Part shown: positions 14,828 to 25,199 of the stretch, one piece after another
How positions within the stretch are numbered: position 1 is the stretch's first letter
Layout of the letters: each line of letters begins with the position of its first letter
DNA from: an uncultured Candidatus Saccharibacteria bacterium
Lineage (GTDB): Bacteria; Patescibacteriota; Minisyncoccia; Phycocordibacterales; UBA1006
Length of the DNA stretch: 53,201 nucleotides
NCBI GenBank assembly: GCA_964415895.1
Contig: CAYQCC010000007.1
Coordinates: 1-53,201, forward strand
Direction of reading: 5' to 3'
Translations under genes and position numbers: made by a program
Notes under the pieces: model-generated
Databases searched by the model: none
What the model was told of the DNA's origin: nothing
What the model saw: the letters and a program-made list of their open reading frames with translations, nothing else

Positions 14828-17347
14828 ATGAAACTTAAAGCAACCTTTCGAGCGCTCTTTTTATCTGTATTATTTTTACTCGGTATTTTTTTTGTGACCA
14901 ATAACGCATTGGCAGCAGGAGAACCTGTAGTTATCGACCGCTTCGTAGAAGATATTATGCCGACGTCAGCACTACCAACAGCAGAGGTTACTGACGAGGG
15001 TCTTGCTGCTGTTATTGGAGTTTGGGTTGAATATGGAACTACTGATAGTTATGGATCAGAAGTACAGCGATATAATCTTCATGAATTAACCATTCCAGGT
15101 ATTATTGATGCATCGCTTACTGGATTAACATGTGATACAACTTATCACTATCGTTTCAAGGTTCGAAATAATGGGATGTTGGATGGATACAGTCCTGACG
15201 CGACATTTACCACAACGCCTTGTTATCCAAGTGATAATATTAGTCACTGGACACTGAACGAGGCGAGTGGAACTCGAGTTGATAGTGTTGGGAATAATGA
15301 CCTTTCTCCAATAAATGCACCACTTGCAAAAACAGGACAAGTTAACGATGGGGTAGAGGCAACAGTTGCTGGTACAGATTATCTTTCAATTGCAGATAAT
15401 GCATCGTTAAGTACAGGGGGCGAAACATCATTTACAATTTCCATGTGGGTAAAATTAAATGCAAAAACAGGAACGCAAGTATTTGCTTCTAAATTTTCAT
15501 CTGTAAGCACAGGTGAATATGCTGTTTATTTTGAAAATCTTGCCAACAGGTTTGTGTTTTCTACCTATGGAAATAATCAGAACTATTTTGTATACGCAGA
15601 TGAACTTGGCTCACCTGATATTGGTACTTGGTATTATATTACTGCAACACACAATGCACTTACCAATACAAACTCCATAGCGGTTAATAACGGAGTTGCG
15701 GATACACTTTCAAGTGTTGCAGAACATCAAGATAGTACGGCTAGTTTTTTGATTGGAGCATTTGGCTCAGGACCACTTTACTACGCAAATGCTGTAATTG
15801 ATGAGGTGCGATTTTCAAAGACTGAGCATGGAATAGTTAGTAATAACGCGCCTGTACTTGATGCAACAAGAACTCCAATACTTGGAACGGTTGCTGAAAA
15901 TGCAAGTGTACCAACTGGCGCCGTAGGAATGCAGATAGCAAGTTTGGTTGATTTTACAATACCAGCAGGAGGTCTTGATAACGTTTCTGATATCGACAAC
16001 AGTCCTTCAACAGGTATTGCAGTTACGGCAACAAATTCAAGTCTGACTTGTTATTACTCGATAAACTCAGGGGCGACCTGGACTCTTCTGGGGTCGGTTT
16101 CAAATACATCTGCACGATTACTAAGCGCAGGCGTAACTAATCGAGTTTATTGTCGTGCAGGAACAGGAACATTTGGAACATTTTCAAATGCAATTACGTT
16201 CCGTGCATGGGATCAAACATCTGGAACAAGCGGATCAACCGCAGATACGTCTACGAACGGCGGAACAAGCGCATTCTCATTGGCTACTGACACAGCAGGT
16301 TTGACAATCACATCAGCGGGAAACCATGCGCCAGTTGCGAGTGATGATGAATATACGGTTGATCAAGATTCCATAGGCGTAGCACTTGCAGTAAGGGGTA
16401 ATGATACGGATCCTGATAATGATGCGTTTACCATAACAGATGTTGGTACGCCTGATCAGGGCGGTAATGCGCAAAACATCTTATCAGGAACAGAAATCGG
16501 CTATACGCCTGCAGCAGGCTTTTGTGGTGATGAGGAATTTACGTATGAAATTAATGACGGAAACGGAGAAATAGACGTGGCTACTGTGACGATTCATGTT
16601 GTTAATTGCGACACTGTGACTCAGGCGCCAACATTAGTATCACCAGCAACAGGCACCACCTATTACAATAATGTTCTTCTTCCGATCACGTTCACTCTTC
16701 CTGAAACATTACTTCATAATTCACTTAGGTTGATATTTACATCATCATTAGAAACTTCATTTGTATTAAACTTGAGAGATGCTGCACCAGGAACAAATAC
16801 ATTTAATGTTGATCCAAAAGGAAACATTGATACGTTAACTGAAGTCCTTTCCACGACATCAAACAGTATTCCTGTAGGAACCTATACCGTGACGCTTACA
16901 TATCAGGATGTTTATGGAAATACAGCCGCAAGTGCTACGTCAACAAACGTGATCATTGCAAATCCAATCGTAGCAAGTACTCCGTCATCTGGTTCTGGAT
17001 ATAACCCAGCTCTTGCATGGACGCCAGCCAAATCAACACCTACTGTTGATGTGAAGAAAGCATGTCCTGCTGACAAAGTACTTACACAAAATCTGCGATC
17101 AGGAGCTCGAAACGGAAAGTATGATTCCTACACAAAAGCAATAGTCAAAGAAGCTAAAATTCTTCAGGCACATTTGAATCGATTAGGATTTTCATCAGGA
17201 GCAGAAGATGGAATTCTTGGTCCAAAATCTGATAGTGCTATCAAGAAACTTCAGAAATTCCTTGGTACATTACAAGATGGAAAAGTTGGTCCGCAAACAA
17301 GAGGACTGATTAATAATTCTTGTGGTAATAATGGATTAGGTGCATAA
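14828..17347 (+). CDS. Large secreted surface protein: FN3-like, LamG/ConA-like and Ig-like domains, C-terminal peptidoglycan-binding domain
   Basis: Signal peptide; HWTLNE..DSVGNN and IDEVR LamG motifs; PVASDD..NDTDPD..FTY.IND Ig-like repeat; LQAHLNRLG..DGILGPK..LQ..DGKVGPQT PG-binding tail. Confidence 0.8.
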   Translation: MKLKATFRALFLSVLFLLGIFFVTNNALAAGEPVVIDRFVEDIMPTSALPTAEVTDEGLAAVIGVWVEYGTTDSYGSEVQRYNLHELTIPGIIDASLTGLTCDTTYHYRFKVRNNGMLDGYSPDATFTTTPCYPSDNISHWTLNEASGTRVDSVGNNDLSPINAPLAKTGQVNDGVEATVAGTDYLSIADNASLSTGGETSFTISMWVKLNAKTGTQVFASKFSSVSTGEYAVYFENLANRFVFSTYGNNQNYFVYADELGSPDIGTWYYITATHNALTNTNSIAVNNGVADTLSSVAEHQDSTASFLIGAFGSGPLYYANAVIDEVRFSKTEHGIVSNNAPVLDATRTPILGTVAENASVPTGAVGMQIASLVDFTIPAGGLDNVSDIDNSPSTGIAVTATNSSLTCYYSINSGATWTLLGSVSNTSARLLSAGVTNRVYCRAGTGTFGTFSNAITFRAWDQTSGTSGSTADTSTNGGTSAFSLATDTAGLTITSAGNHAPVASDDEYTVDQDSIGVALAVRGNDTDPDNDAFTITDVGTPDQGGNAQNILSGTEIGYTPAAGFCGDEEFTYEINDGNGEIDVATVTIHVVNCDTVTQAPTLVSPATGTTYYNNVLLPITFTLPETLLHNSLRLIFTSSLETSFVLNLRDAAPGTNTFNVDPKGNIDTLTEVLSTTSNSIPVGTYTVTLTYQDVYGNTAASATSTNVIIANPIVASTPSSGSGYNPALAWTPAKSTPTVDVKKACPADKVLTQNLRSGARNGKYDSYTKAIVKEAKILQAHLNRLGFSSGAEDGILGPKSDSAIKKLQKFLGTLQDGKVGPQTRGLINNSCGNNGLGA

Positions 17348-17422
17348 CAAACAAAAACACCGATTGGTGTTTTTGTTTTAAAATATTATTACCTTATCTT
17401 AAATATGTGATAATATTTAAAT

Positions 17423-18613
17423 ATGATTAATGACCAACTATTACATTTTATCAAAGATGAGTCAGAAAAAGGCTTCAGCAAAGAAGAAATTACCAAAGGA
17501 TTACTAAGTAATAGCTGGTCTGCACAAGACATAGAAGAAGGCTTCAATGCGGTAAAACCTGGGACAAACACTACGGTTCCTCCTACAATAAAAAAACATT
17601 CAAAAATGAGAATCGCTTCATTGATCGTCATTGCTACTGTATTAATATGTCTTATTATTGTCTTTTTTGGGAAACAAGGACCAAACGAAGGTGCTATCGA
17701 GCTGGGAAGTGGCCCCGCTAATTCTGCTACAAAAATATCTTGCAGTAGTGATCAGATACCGCTTATTGCAAATGGAGAGACTGCAGACAGTAAAAGAATT
17801 GATATGGATAAAGATGGAATTGATGAGCTTATTGTTACGTACAGTAGAGAAGTATCTGGATGGGAAGGAATGCCTGACACGATTACCAGGGTTTCGTTTT
17901 TTACATGTGAAAATAATATCTTAAAGGAGTCTTATAAAATTAATCCAGGAATTGTCCTGGGAGAGATCAGCGCCGAAGGCCATATAGGGTTGGCAGTTAA
18001 TACCTATGACGATTGGAGTGTTTTTTTAAAAAATGGTGCAACATTTCATAAGATAATTCCCGAGGAATCCAGAAATGTGGCTCTTAAGAAATATAATATG
18101 CAATTTCAATCCAATAATTACAGACCATTAAAAGTAATTAATAATTCCGTTGAAGAAATTATTCCTGGATTTACTCCAAATTATCCCTATACTGAAGGTG
18201 CGCGACCAGAAATAAAAATAATATATACAGTCAAGGATACTACGATAGTTGTAACAAGCATATCCGACTCCAAAGTTCTTGAGGTGAACGCAAGAGAGAT
18301 AAGGTATCCGACCAATTGGCTGTGTGAATTTAATGACGGCGAAAGCATAAAGCCTTGCGGGAATAATATTCCTGGCAGTCACATGTTTGAATTCACATTT
18401 TACCCTACGGCAAGCAAGGTATCCGAGGACTCGATCTTTCTCCAATCAATTTATCCAGGCGATAATAATTGCTTGAGTTGGATAAAGCAAAACTCTTTTT
18501 TGCACGAAGGATGCATTTCATATGACGGAGGAAAGAATTATGCCGTTTATAGTAATTCTAAAAAAACATCCATAGTTAGTGCGTTCCATACATTCATTGA
18601 TAGAAACCACTAA
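17423..18613 (+). CDS. Hypothetical single-pass membrane protein
   Basis: N-terminal helical module (L..FI..G.S.EEI...L....W...DI), TM helix, extracellular region with an FG-GAP-like DMDKDGIDE motif. Confidence 0.7.
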   Translation: MINDQLLHFIKDESEKGFSKEEITKGLLSNSWSAQDIEEGFNAVKPGTNTTVPPTIKKHSKMRIASLIVIATVLICLIIVFFGKQGPNEGAIELGSGPANSATKISCSSDQIPLIANGETADSKRIDMDKDGIDELIVTYSREVSGWEGMPDTITRVSFFTCENNILKESYKINPGIVLGEISAEGHIGLAVNTYDDWSVFLKNGATFHKIIPEESRNVALKKYNMQFQSNNYRPLKVINNSVEEIIPGFTPNYPYTEGARPEIKIIYTVKDTTIVVTSISDSKVLEVNAREIRYPTNWLCEFNDGESIKPCGNNIPGSHMFEFTFYPTASKVSEDSIFLQSIYPGDNNCLSWIKQNSFLHEGCISYDGGKNYAVYSNSKKTSIVSAFHTFIDRNH

Positions 18614-18647
18614 GAGTGCATATTGTATAAAATAATATAAGGAAATT

Positions 18648-18687
18648 AAAACAAGCTTCTGCATAAATCGCAGAAGCTTGTTTTTTT
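18648..18687. terminator. Bidirectional terminator between convergent genes
   Basis: AAAACAAGCTTCTGC-ATAAATC-GCAGAAGCTTGTTTT perfect stem. Confidence 0.85.
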
Positions 18688-18711
18688 ATTGTTGTTATTA
18701 AAATTAAAATG

Positions 18712-19560
18712 TTAAAGGTATATGAAAACATAACTATTTACTGTCTTAGTCATATGGTCATATCCTAATCCAAACAAACCATTTATAAACTTTACTTTAA
18801 CAGGAATATAGCAACCCCATTCGCCGCGTAACATGCTGCCGTCATTGGTATTGAATCCAATATCGGAATACAGGGAAAATCCTTTTGCTTTTGGAATTTC
18901 CAATGTCTGCATGGCTCCTGCGTTTTTACGATGGTTGTACATCAATGCAGTTGTAAAGATTTTATAACCGAATGTCAGCGCTGCGCCAAAACTGTGATTG
19001 TCCAATTGGTAGTAACCGGCAACTTTTGTATAGGGAACGGAAATTCCTGCTTCAATTGTTGCATAACTGCCTCGCCATATTCCACCGGTTACCAGTGAAA
19101 TTTTACTGGTTGGGCTATACGTAAGTTTTCCACCAAATCCTGAGCCTGGAATCTGTGCCTGCGTCCATGTTTCGAACTGTCCGCTACCCGTAGTTGGTAA
19201 TGGGCGAAGTTCTGTCATAGGACTTGCAATTTTTCCCAGAGAAATCAAAACTTTTTTATGTGGTTTTAGTTTAACGGCAATTACTGCAAATGGTTCAACA
19301 GAACCAGTTTCGTCAATTTCGCCTGCACCAAGTCCGTATAACGACAGCCATTGTTTCGGTCTCCATTCCACAGAGCCACCCAGTCGTACTGTCACAGTTG
19401 CAGATGGTTTTTTGGTTATTACGGATATTTTTGGCGATGTAAGAACGCCAGCATATCCTGTAATGGTAATGTTTCGGATACTGTCATTAAATACATATTG
19501 TCCAAATGACAGTGTCCATGTGATTGCAATCACTAAGATGCTTAAGATAACTTTTTTCAT
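18712..19560 (-). CDS. Secreted beta-rich protein, possibly beta-barrel-like
   Basis: Start moved to MKKVIL (19560); signal peptide; alternating hydrophobic/aromatic strands. Confidence 0.6.
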   Translation of the reverse strand: MKKVILSILVIAITWTLSFGQYVFNDSIRNITITGYAGVLTSPKISVITKKPSATVTVRLGGSVEWRPKQWLSLYGLGAGEIDETGSVEPFAVIAVKLKPHKKVLISLGKIASPMTELRPLPTTGSGQFETWTQAQIPGSGFGGKLTYSPTSKISLVTGGIWRGSYATIEAGISVPYTKVAGYYQLDNHSFGAALTFGYKIFTTALMYNHRKNAGAMQTLEIPKAKGFSLYSDIGFNTNDGSMLRGEWGCYIPVKVKFINGLFGLGYDHMTKTVNSYVFIYL

Positions 19561-19591
19561 TGTGTAATTTTTAGAATTAATAATCATTTCT

Positions 19592-20830
19592 TTAAGAAGC
19601 GATTATTAATCTTGGAATGACTCCAATGTCAGGATAAAATCCGGCTGAAAGCGGTGTGTCATCTATGACCAATCTTATTTTCTGTAAGATTTGTAGTGTG
19701 ACTTCTTGTTCATAATTTGTTACCAATGCGATGAAATGTGCAATGGAAGGATGGTGAATGTCTGGTCCGCCGTAATCAGGATTAGTATACGAAATCGTAT
19801 ACTTTATCTTAGAATCTGTTTGATGAAGTGGTTTTGCTGATATTAATTTCGGTGTAACCGTAATGATAATCAGCATGATGAAACCAAGTCCGAACGAGTG
19901 TTGTTTCTGTAAACCCAAACTGTCCAAGTATCTGCGAAATTCGCGAATACTCATTGTTTTTCCAGCTTTTAAAATCTGCTCTTCTGCTTTTGAAAAAACA
20001 GTCAACATCTTTTTTCTGCGAATTAACACATCAGTCTGGTGAAAGGCTTCGGTCATTCTTGCTCGAATATCAAGTCCCAATATGATTGGCCACAATAATA
20101 ACGATACAAAGAATGATAAAGGCCCTAAGTTAATAGCAGAATCTGGTTTTTGAAGTCCATACCAATATTCCTTATCAATGTCATCTTTAAAGCGTAATCG
20201 CCAAATCAGAAGCATGATAAATGCCACAGGTAGTCCGCGCAGATAAATCTGCAAGAACCAGTATAGAAAGGGAATAAAAACTTTTGGATTCCAATGGAAA
20301 GGTTCAGGATCTTTTTCATGAAGCAGTACCTTTCGCGCTTGTTCCAGAGACATTGTTTCTGGTAATCGCATCGGTCCCATTCCGTGAAATCCACTACCAC
20401 GTTTTTGCTGTTCGGTCCTTGAATTATCGAACATCGTGTATAACTGCGCCTGCATGCCGTTGGTAAATCCAGAAACAATGTTTAAAAGAATTTTTCTACT
20501 TTCGATAGTTTCATCCATTTCTTTTCCATATCGCAGATTAAATAACTGGATCTGTTTAAAGTCATAAATGTAATCGTAAGGATCGTAAATACCTTTTTGT
20601 GCAATTGTCTGCTTACGAAGCGCAATGACACTGTCTTTGTATTTTAGTGCGTTGTGTGGATGAATTTGCATCGTTGCAAAATCTTCCTTTGTATAACCAC
20701 GCATACCAGAAGTGTAATCTTTTGATTCTTTTTCCAGTGTCATGATTCCGTTGAATAATCCTGTCGTCCAAAATATGAACAAGACAGGAATTATAAGGTG
20801 ACGAATCACCCAAATTAATGGCTTGTTCAT
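19592..20830 (-). CDS. Hypothetical multi-pass membrane protein
   Basis: 412 aa with several TM segments; own sigma70-like promoter at 20880-20908. Confidence 0.7.
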   Translation of the reverse strand: MNKPLIWVIRHLIIPVLFIFWTTGLFNGIMTLEKESKDYTSGMRGYTKEDFATMQIHPHNALKYKDSVIALRKQTIAQKGIYDPYDYIYDFKQIQLFNLRYGKEMDETIESRKILLNIVSGFTNGMQAQLYTMFDNSRTEQQKRGSGFHGMGPMRLPETMSLEQARKVLLHEKDPEPFHWNPKVFIPFLYWFLQIYLRGLPVAFIMLLIWRLRFKDDIDKEYWYGLQKPDSAINLGPLSFFVSLLLWPIILGLDIRARMTEAFHQTDVLIRRKKMLTVFSKAEEQILKAGKTMSIREFRRYLDSLGLQKQHSFGLGFIMLIIITVTPKLISAKPLHQTDSKIKYTISYTNPDYGGPDIHHPSIAHFIALVTNYEQEVTLQILQKIRLVIDDTPLSAGFYPDIGVIPRLIIAS

Positions 20831-20984
20831 ATTTTAAATCGTTTAGTTTATAAAATTGAAAAGGAATATTCCTGGCGTTACAATATCACTCATATGTAGA
20901 GATGTCAAATGATACATCTGAGTTTACTAGGAAGGGATATACACATAAAAAACAACTGATATATCAGTTGTTTTTTATGTGTAA

Positions 20985-22340
20985 TTATTTACATCCGTAC
21001 TTATCTTTAACTTCTTGATACAGCTCAGGTGTGGCACCTCGTGCTTTTACTGACCAACAGAACCGTGGGCTGTAAAATAACTTTAGTGAGGATGCAGGAT
21101 TTACTGCATACTTGCCGTTGGTGATAATTCCATTAACTGGCTTTGCGTTCACGTTCAATTTTTTATAAATCATTCCGAATTCAGGACCGTCTGTGAAATA
21201 CTGGTGCATGAAATAGTAATCCGTATTATTGGTTGGTTTATCAAATACAGTTGCCATTTGCTCAAATGCCGAAACCTGACTTACTGAATCGTCGACTGCG
21301 CCACCTCCTGCAGAAAATTCGGTAAACCATAGGCGTCGGTTACCATAAAATGTTTTAAATCCATCGATATCTTTTTGGAGGTTGGTTGCTGCAGTCGATA
21401 CGTTACTTGTGTTAATAGTTGAATAATAATGCGGAATCAATGCATCAAGCCATTGTCCATCATCGCGAATACGTTCAGCATAATATTTATTCCAAGTCTT
21501 CACGTCGCTGTAAATTAATGACGCAGGTCCTGGAATTGGTACTCCATATTTTGGATGAGGCAATCCCCGAGAATCCATCAAAGTATTGATGCTGTCACGG
21601 TATGTGGATAAAAGGCCTATATACTTGTCCATTCCTTGTTTAAAATGTGCACGTTGATAATCAGTGTTAAGCTTGTAAGTAAGCTTGATTTCTACCAATG
21701 CTTGTATATTTTCTGCTACTGTATCAATTGGTTTCCAAGGTTTGTTGGCAAAGCTCCAAAACAATTCTGGTGTAGCCGTTTCCTCGTTACCAAGTTCTAC
21801 AAGAGGAACTTTGAATCCGTGATCTAATAAATAGGTTAGCGTTTTCAAGTTGTCATTGATCATCTCTTGATCAGTTCCTTTATAGTTTACGTGGCGGAAA
21901 TGATCGTCCAGATTTACGACGAATGAAATGCGTGCAACTGGGTTGTTGTTCGGTGCAAAGATGTTTGTAAACGGAATAATGTAGTTTTGAGTTTCGCCGC
22001 CTTGTTTGCCATCATAGCCTGGAAGGTTTATGTGATATGTCCGGGCAACGGTTCCTCCAGGAAATCGAATAATCGCATCGTTTAAATAGCGTGCTGCCTG
22101 GGTAAGTTCTGCCGCAGTGCCTGCTGGGCCATGAGTAACACTGTACATCCACGGCGCATTGTAACCCAGACCTTTATGGATGTCAGATTGGACTACTACA
22201 CTGTCAGCTCCTGGGACAAGGGCGGTTAGTTCTTTTCCAGAATTATTGCGTTGAATAACGCTTACGATTCCAATAATGACTGCAATCACAAGAAGGAAAA
22301 GCACCACATGAGAACCTTTGATTTTTTTGAAAAACTGCAT
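20985..22340 (-). CDS. Membrane-anchored clan GH-A glycoside hydrolase-like protein
   Basis: IRFPGG, ELGNE (acid/base) and WFTEF (nucleophile) motifs; N-terminal TM helix. Confidence 0.7.
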   Translation of the reverse strand: MQFFKKIKGSHVVLFLLVIAVIIGIVSVIQRNNSGKELTALVPGADSVVVQSDIHKGLGYNAPWMYSVTHGPAGTAAELTQAARYLNDAIIRFPGGTVARTYHINLPGYDGKQGGETQNYIIPFTNIFAPNNNPVARISFVVNLDDHFRHVNYKGTDQEMINDNLKTLTYLLDHGFKVPLVELGNEETATPELFWSFANKPWKPIDTVAENIQALVEIKLTYKLNTDYQRAHFKQGMDKYIGLLSTYRDSINTLMDSRGLPHPKYGVPIPGPASLIYSDVKTWNKYYAERIRDDGQWLDALIPHYYSTINTSNVSTAATNLQKDIDGFKTFYGNRRLWFTEFSAGGGAVDDSVSQVSAFEQMATVFDKPTNNTDYYFMHQYFTDGPEFGMIYKKLNVNAKPVNGIITNGKYAVNPASSLKLFYSPRFCWSVKARGATPELYQEVKDKYGCK

Positions 22341-22426
22341 ATATGATAAGTTATCTAATAATAATCCAGTATAACATTCTTGGGCATGGGCTGTATATGG
22401 TGCTTATCGTGTGATATAATTACTGT

Positions 22427-22930
22427 ATGAAAACGAATACAAAAACAATTATTAGTCTTATTGTTGTCATATTAACAATTGTCGCTATTGTTCTGCTTAC
22501 AAAAGGAGGATTAGTGAATCGTGAAAATGATCTGCTTCCCGTTGAGCAAGCAACAGTCTCTGATCTAACATCACCCGTATCAACATTCACATGGCGTTAT
22601 GAAGCGGGTAATATGAGTCTTGATGGGCTACCAAAAACGATTGTGTTTCTGGATGTAATGTATGAAAACAAAAAAATACTGCCGATTCGAATCGAGGAAG
22701 TGGAAGGAAGTTGTAATGATGTCGATCCTAACAAGAAAGAGGATACTGATATGCTAGATGGAACAACAAAGATTCAATGTTATGCGGCAGGATTCGGAGA
22801 ATTATATAAAATAACAAACGGAGCAGATTCATATCAAGTGGTGCGAAAACATATCGAGGAAGGTAACCCAGAGGTTACACCTGTAAATTTTGAATATGAA
22901 AAAATAACAGAGGTTCCGTTATTTCAATAA
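22427..22930 (+). CDS. Hypothetical membrane-anchored protein
   Basis: N-terminal TM helix; Cys pair (GSC..QC). Confidence 0.7.
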   Translation: MKTNTKTIISLIVVILTIVAIVLLTKGGLVNRENDLLPVEQATVSDLTSPVSTFTWRYEAGNMSLDGLPKTIVFLDVMYENKKILPIRIEEVEGSCNDVDPNKKEDTDMLDGTTKIQCYAAGFGELYKITNGADSYQVVRKHIEEGNPEVTPVNFEYEKITEVPLFQ

Positions 22931-23018
22931 TAGAAAAATTAAAAAACCATAATATATGGTTTTTTAATTTTTAATATAATTTTCTTTAATTTTAATTTCT
23001 CTGTGATATAATTTATCC

Positions 23019-25130
23019 ATGAAAACAAAGATATCTGCCTTTTCGACGTTTGTGCTTTTCTGCACACTACTTATTACTTCATCAGCGCGCGCGGCTACAT
23101 TTCCGATCACCCAGGATTTTTCAGGAAGTAAGCCCTCGAGCTGGGAACTACGATCAGCTGCTACATGGAATACAACTGTTTCAGGTGATCAAGCATTACT
23201 TCTGACACCTGCTGTAAACACGCAGAGCGGTCTTGGATTTTTCAATGACTCATTTTCATCAGGACTTGGTATTGTGGCACAGTTTCGATACTACACCGGC
23301 GGAGGAAGTGGGGCTGATGGCATTACATTTTTTCTTGTCGATGGCGATCAAGTAGATCAGACTAATATAGCGGCAGGCGCGTCAGGTGGTTCGCTCGGAT
23401 ATTCTCAGTCAGGAGCGACTCCAGGTGTTCCACATGCATACATTGGTATCGGTTTTGATGAATATGGTAGCTTCATCGCAGTAAATGGTAGTGGTTTCCC
23501 AACAACTCCCAATACGGTTGTAGTCCGAGGAAGTGGTAATGGTACAACTGGATATGGGTATCTTGCTCATACGAATGTTGCAACACTATTCGGACAAAGT
23601 ATTGATGGTGGATGGCGCACAGCACGTGTGACTGTTATTCCTGGATCAGGCAACGCAAAGATTCGTGTGGAAATGAGCTGGGACGAGGGCGTGACATGGA
23701 ACACAGTTATTAATGATTATGTATACAATGTTGCTCCACCAACAAATTTGAAAATGGGATTCACAGGAGGAACAGGTGGATCAAACAATATTCATGCAAT
23801 TGGAAACTTGGAAGTAATTTTACCGGTTGATCTGCAGACACAGGTAACTGTTCCACCGGTAGGAACGTATCATCGTGGTGATGCGTTCACATATACCTAC
23901 ACGGTAACAAACACTAGTGGTAATAGTTCAAGTGATACAACAATCACCAACACTATGCCTATTGGTGCGCTTGGAATAAACAATGTGACGTGGAATCTAA
24001 CATCAACAGCAGGAGTCGGAGCGTCACAATCAGGAACGGGTGCGGATATCGGAACAATTCATACGCCAATTCCCGCAGGTGCTACTGTGACTATTGTTGT
24101 TAATGGAACAGTTGGCGCGCAAATATTAAACACAACAAACCTTAATCATACGATTACTGCAGTGCCTGAAACGGGTGTAAAAGACCCTTCTCCAAGTGAT
24201 GCAATTTCTTCAATTACTGTAACAACGTCCGCGCCGACGGCTGCTCAATCGGCACTTTTGGTAATTACAGACTATGCTTCGTCAGGTGGAACAACCATAG
24301 CGCCAACCCTAGGTGATTATACAACTGCAGGAATTACAGGTGTTACAACGACTATTTTAACCTACTTAAACAGTTTACTTCCAGCAAGCGGTGCAACCAC
24401 TCAAGGCGCAGTTCAAGCACTTGCAACTCTTGCTGCTACTCCTGCTGTGATTACAACAGATGCGTTGAATCTACAACGGTATTCTGCATCATTGAACGGA
24501 AACTTTACGAGCGCAGGAACTCAAACCATTACTGTGTACGGATTCTCGTATGGACCAACAACCGAATATGAATTAGGAACCGTGCATACATCAAGTAGTC
24601 CTGCTCCTACAACCTATTCATTGCCCGTAACAAATCTGGAATGTGGTACAACCTACCACTTCCGTGCATATGTTGAAAATGGAGCGGTAGTGCACTGGGA
24701 AGGTAGTGATAGAACATTCACAACTTCGCCCTGTCCTACAAATGGTTCAGGTGGTGGAATACTTGTTTCGTCTCAGGTAAAAAACTTGATTGATGCTGGA
24801 AATACAAAACTTGCACAGGAATTAAAAAATCAGTATCCAGCTGCGTTTTCAGATCAAGCAACTACATCTACAAATAATACATGCCAGCTCGGAATTATCA
24901 CACGAACTCTACGACTGGGCTCAACAGGTGAAGACGCAAGAAGTCTTCAGAAGTTTTTGAACTGTTCAGGTTTTACTGTCTCAACAGTTGGTCCAGGTTC
25001 AGTTGGAAATGAAACGAATAAAATAGGTGCAAGTAGTGTAAAAGCTATCAAAGCACTTCAGAAGTATTACAAATTGAAGATCGATGGAGTATTTGGAATC
25101 AAGACCAGAACAGTAATTGGAAATAAATAA
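23019..25130 (+). CDS. Secreted surface protein: L-type lectin, DUF11-like, FN3-like and C-terminal peptidoglycan-binding domains
   Basis: GADGITFFL and GFTGGTGGSNNIH lectin motifs; GDAFTYTYTVTN; LRLGSTG..LQKFLN..DGVFG tail. Confidence 0.8.
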   Translation: MKTKISAFSTFVLFCTLLITSSARAATFPITQDFSGSKPSSWELRSAATWNTTVSGDQALLLTPAVNTQSGLGFFNDSFSSGLGIVAQFRYYTGGGSGADGITFFLVDGDQVDQTNIAAGASGGSLGYSQSGATPGVPHAYIGIGFDEYGSFIAVNGSGFPTTPNTVVVRGSGNGTTGYGYLAHTNVATLFGQSIDGGWRTARVTVIPGSGNAKIRVEMSWDEGVTWNTVINDYVYNVAPPTNLKMGFTGGTGGSNNIHAIGNLEVILPVDLQTQVTVPPVGTYHRGDAFTYTYTVTNTSGNSSSDTTITNTMPIGALGINNVTWNLTSTAGVGASQSGTGADIGTIHTPIPAGATVTIVVNGTVGAQILNTTNLNHTITAVPETGVKDPSPSDAISSITVTTSAPTAAQSALLVITDYASSGGTTIAPTLGDYTTAGITGVTTTILTYLNSLLPASGATTQGAVQALATLAATPAVITTDALNLQRYSASLNGNFTSAGTQTITVYGFSYGPTTEYELGTVHTSSSPAPTTYSLPVTNLECGTTYHFRAYVENGAVVHWEGSDRTFTTSPCPTNGSGGGILVSSQVKNLIDAGNTKLAQELKNQYPAAFSDQATTSTNNTCQLGIITRTLRLGSTGEDARSLQKFLNCSGFTVSTVGPGSVGNETNKIGASSVKAIKALQKYYKLKIDGVFGIKTRTVIGNK

Positions 25131-25199
25131 TAATAAAAACCATCGATTACGGTGGTTTTATTATTGCTATAATAGTTATTAGGTATATTATTAAAGTAT

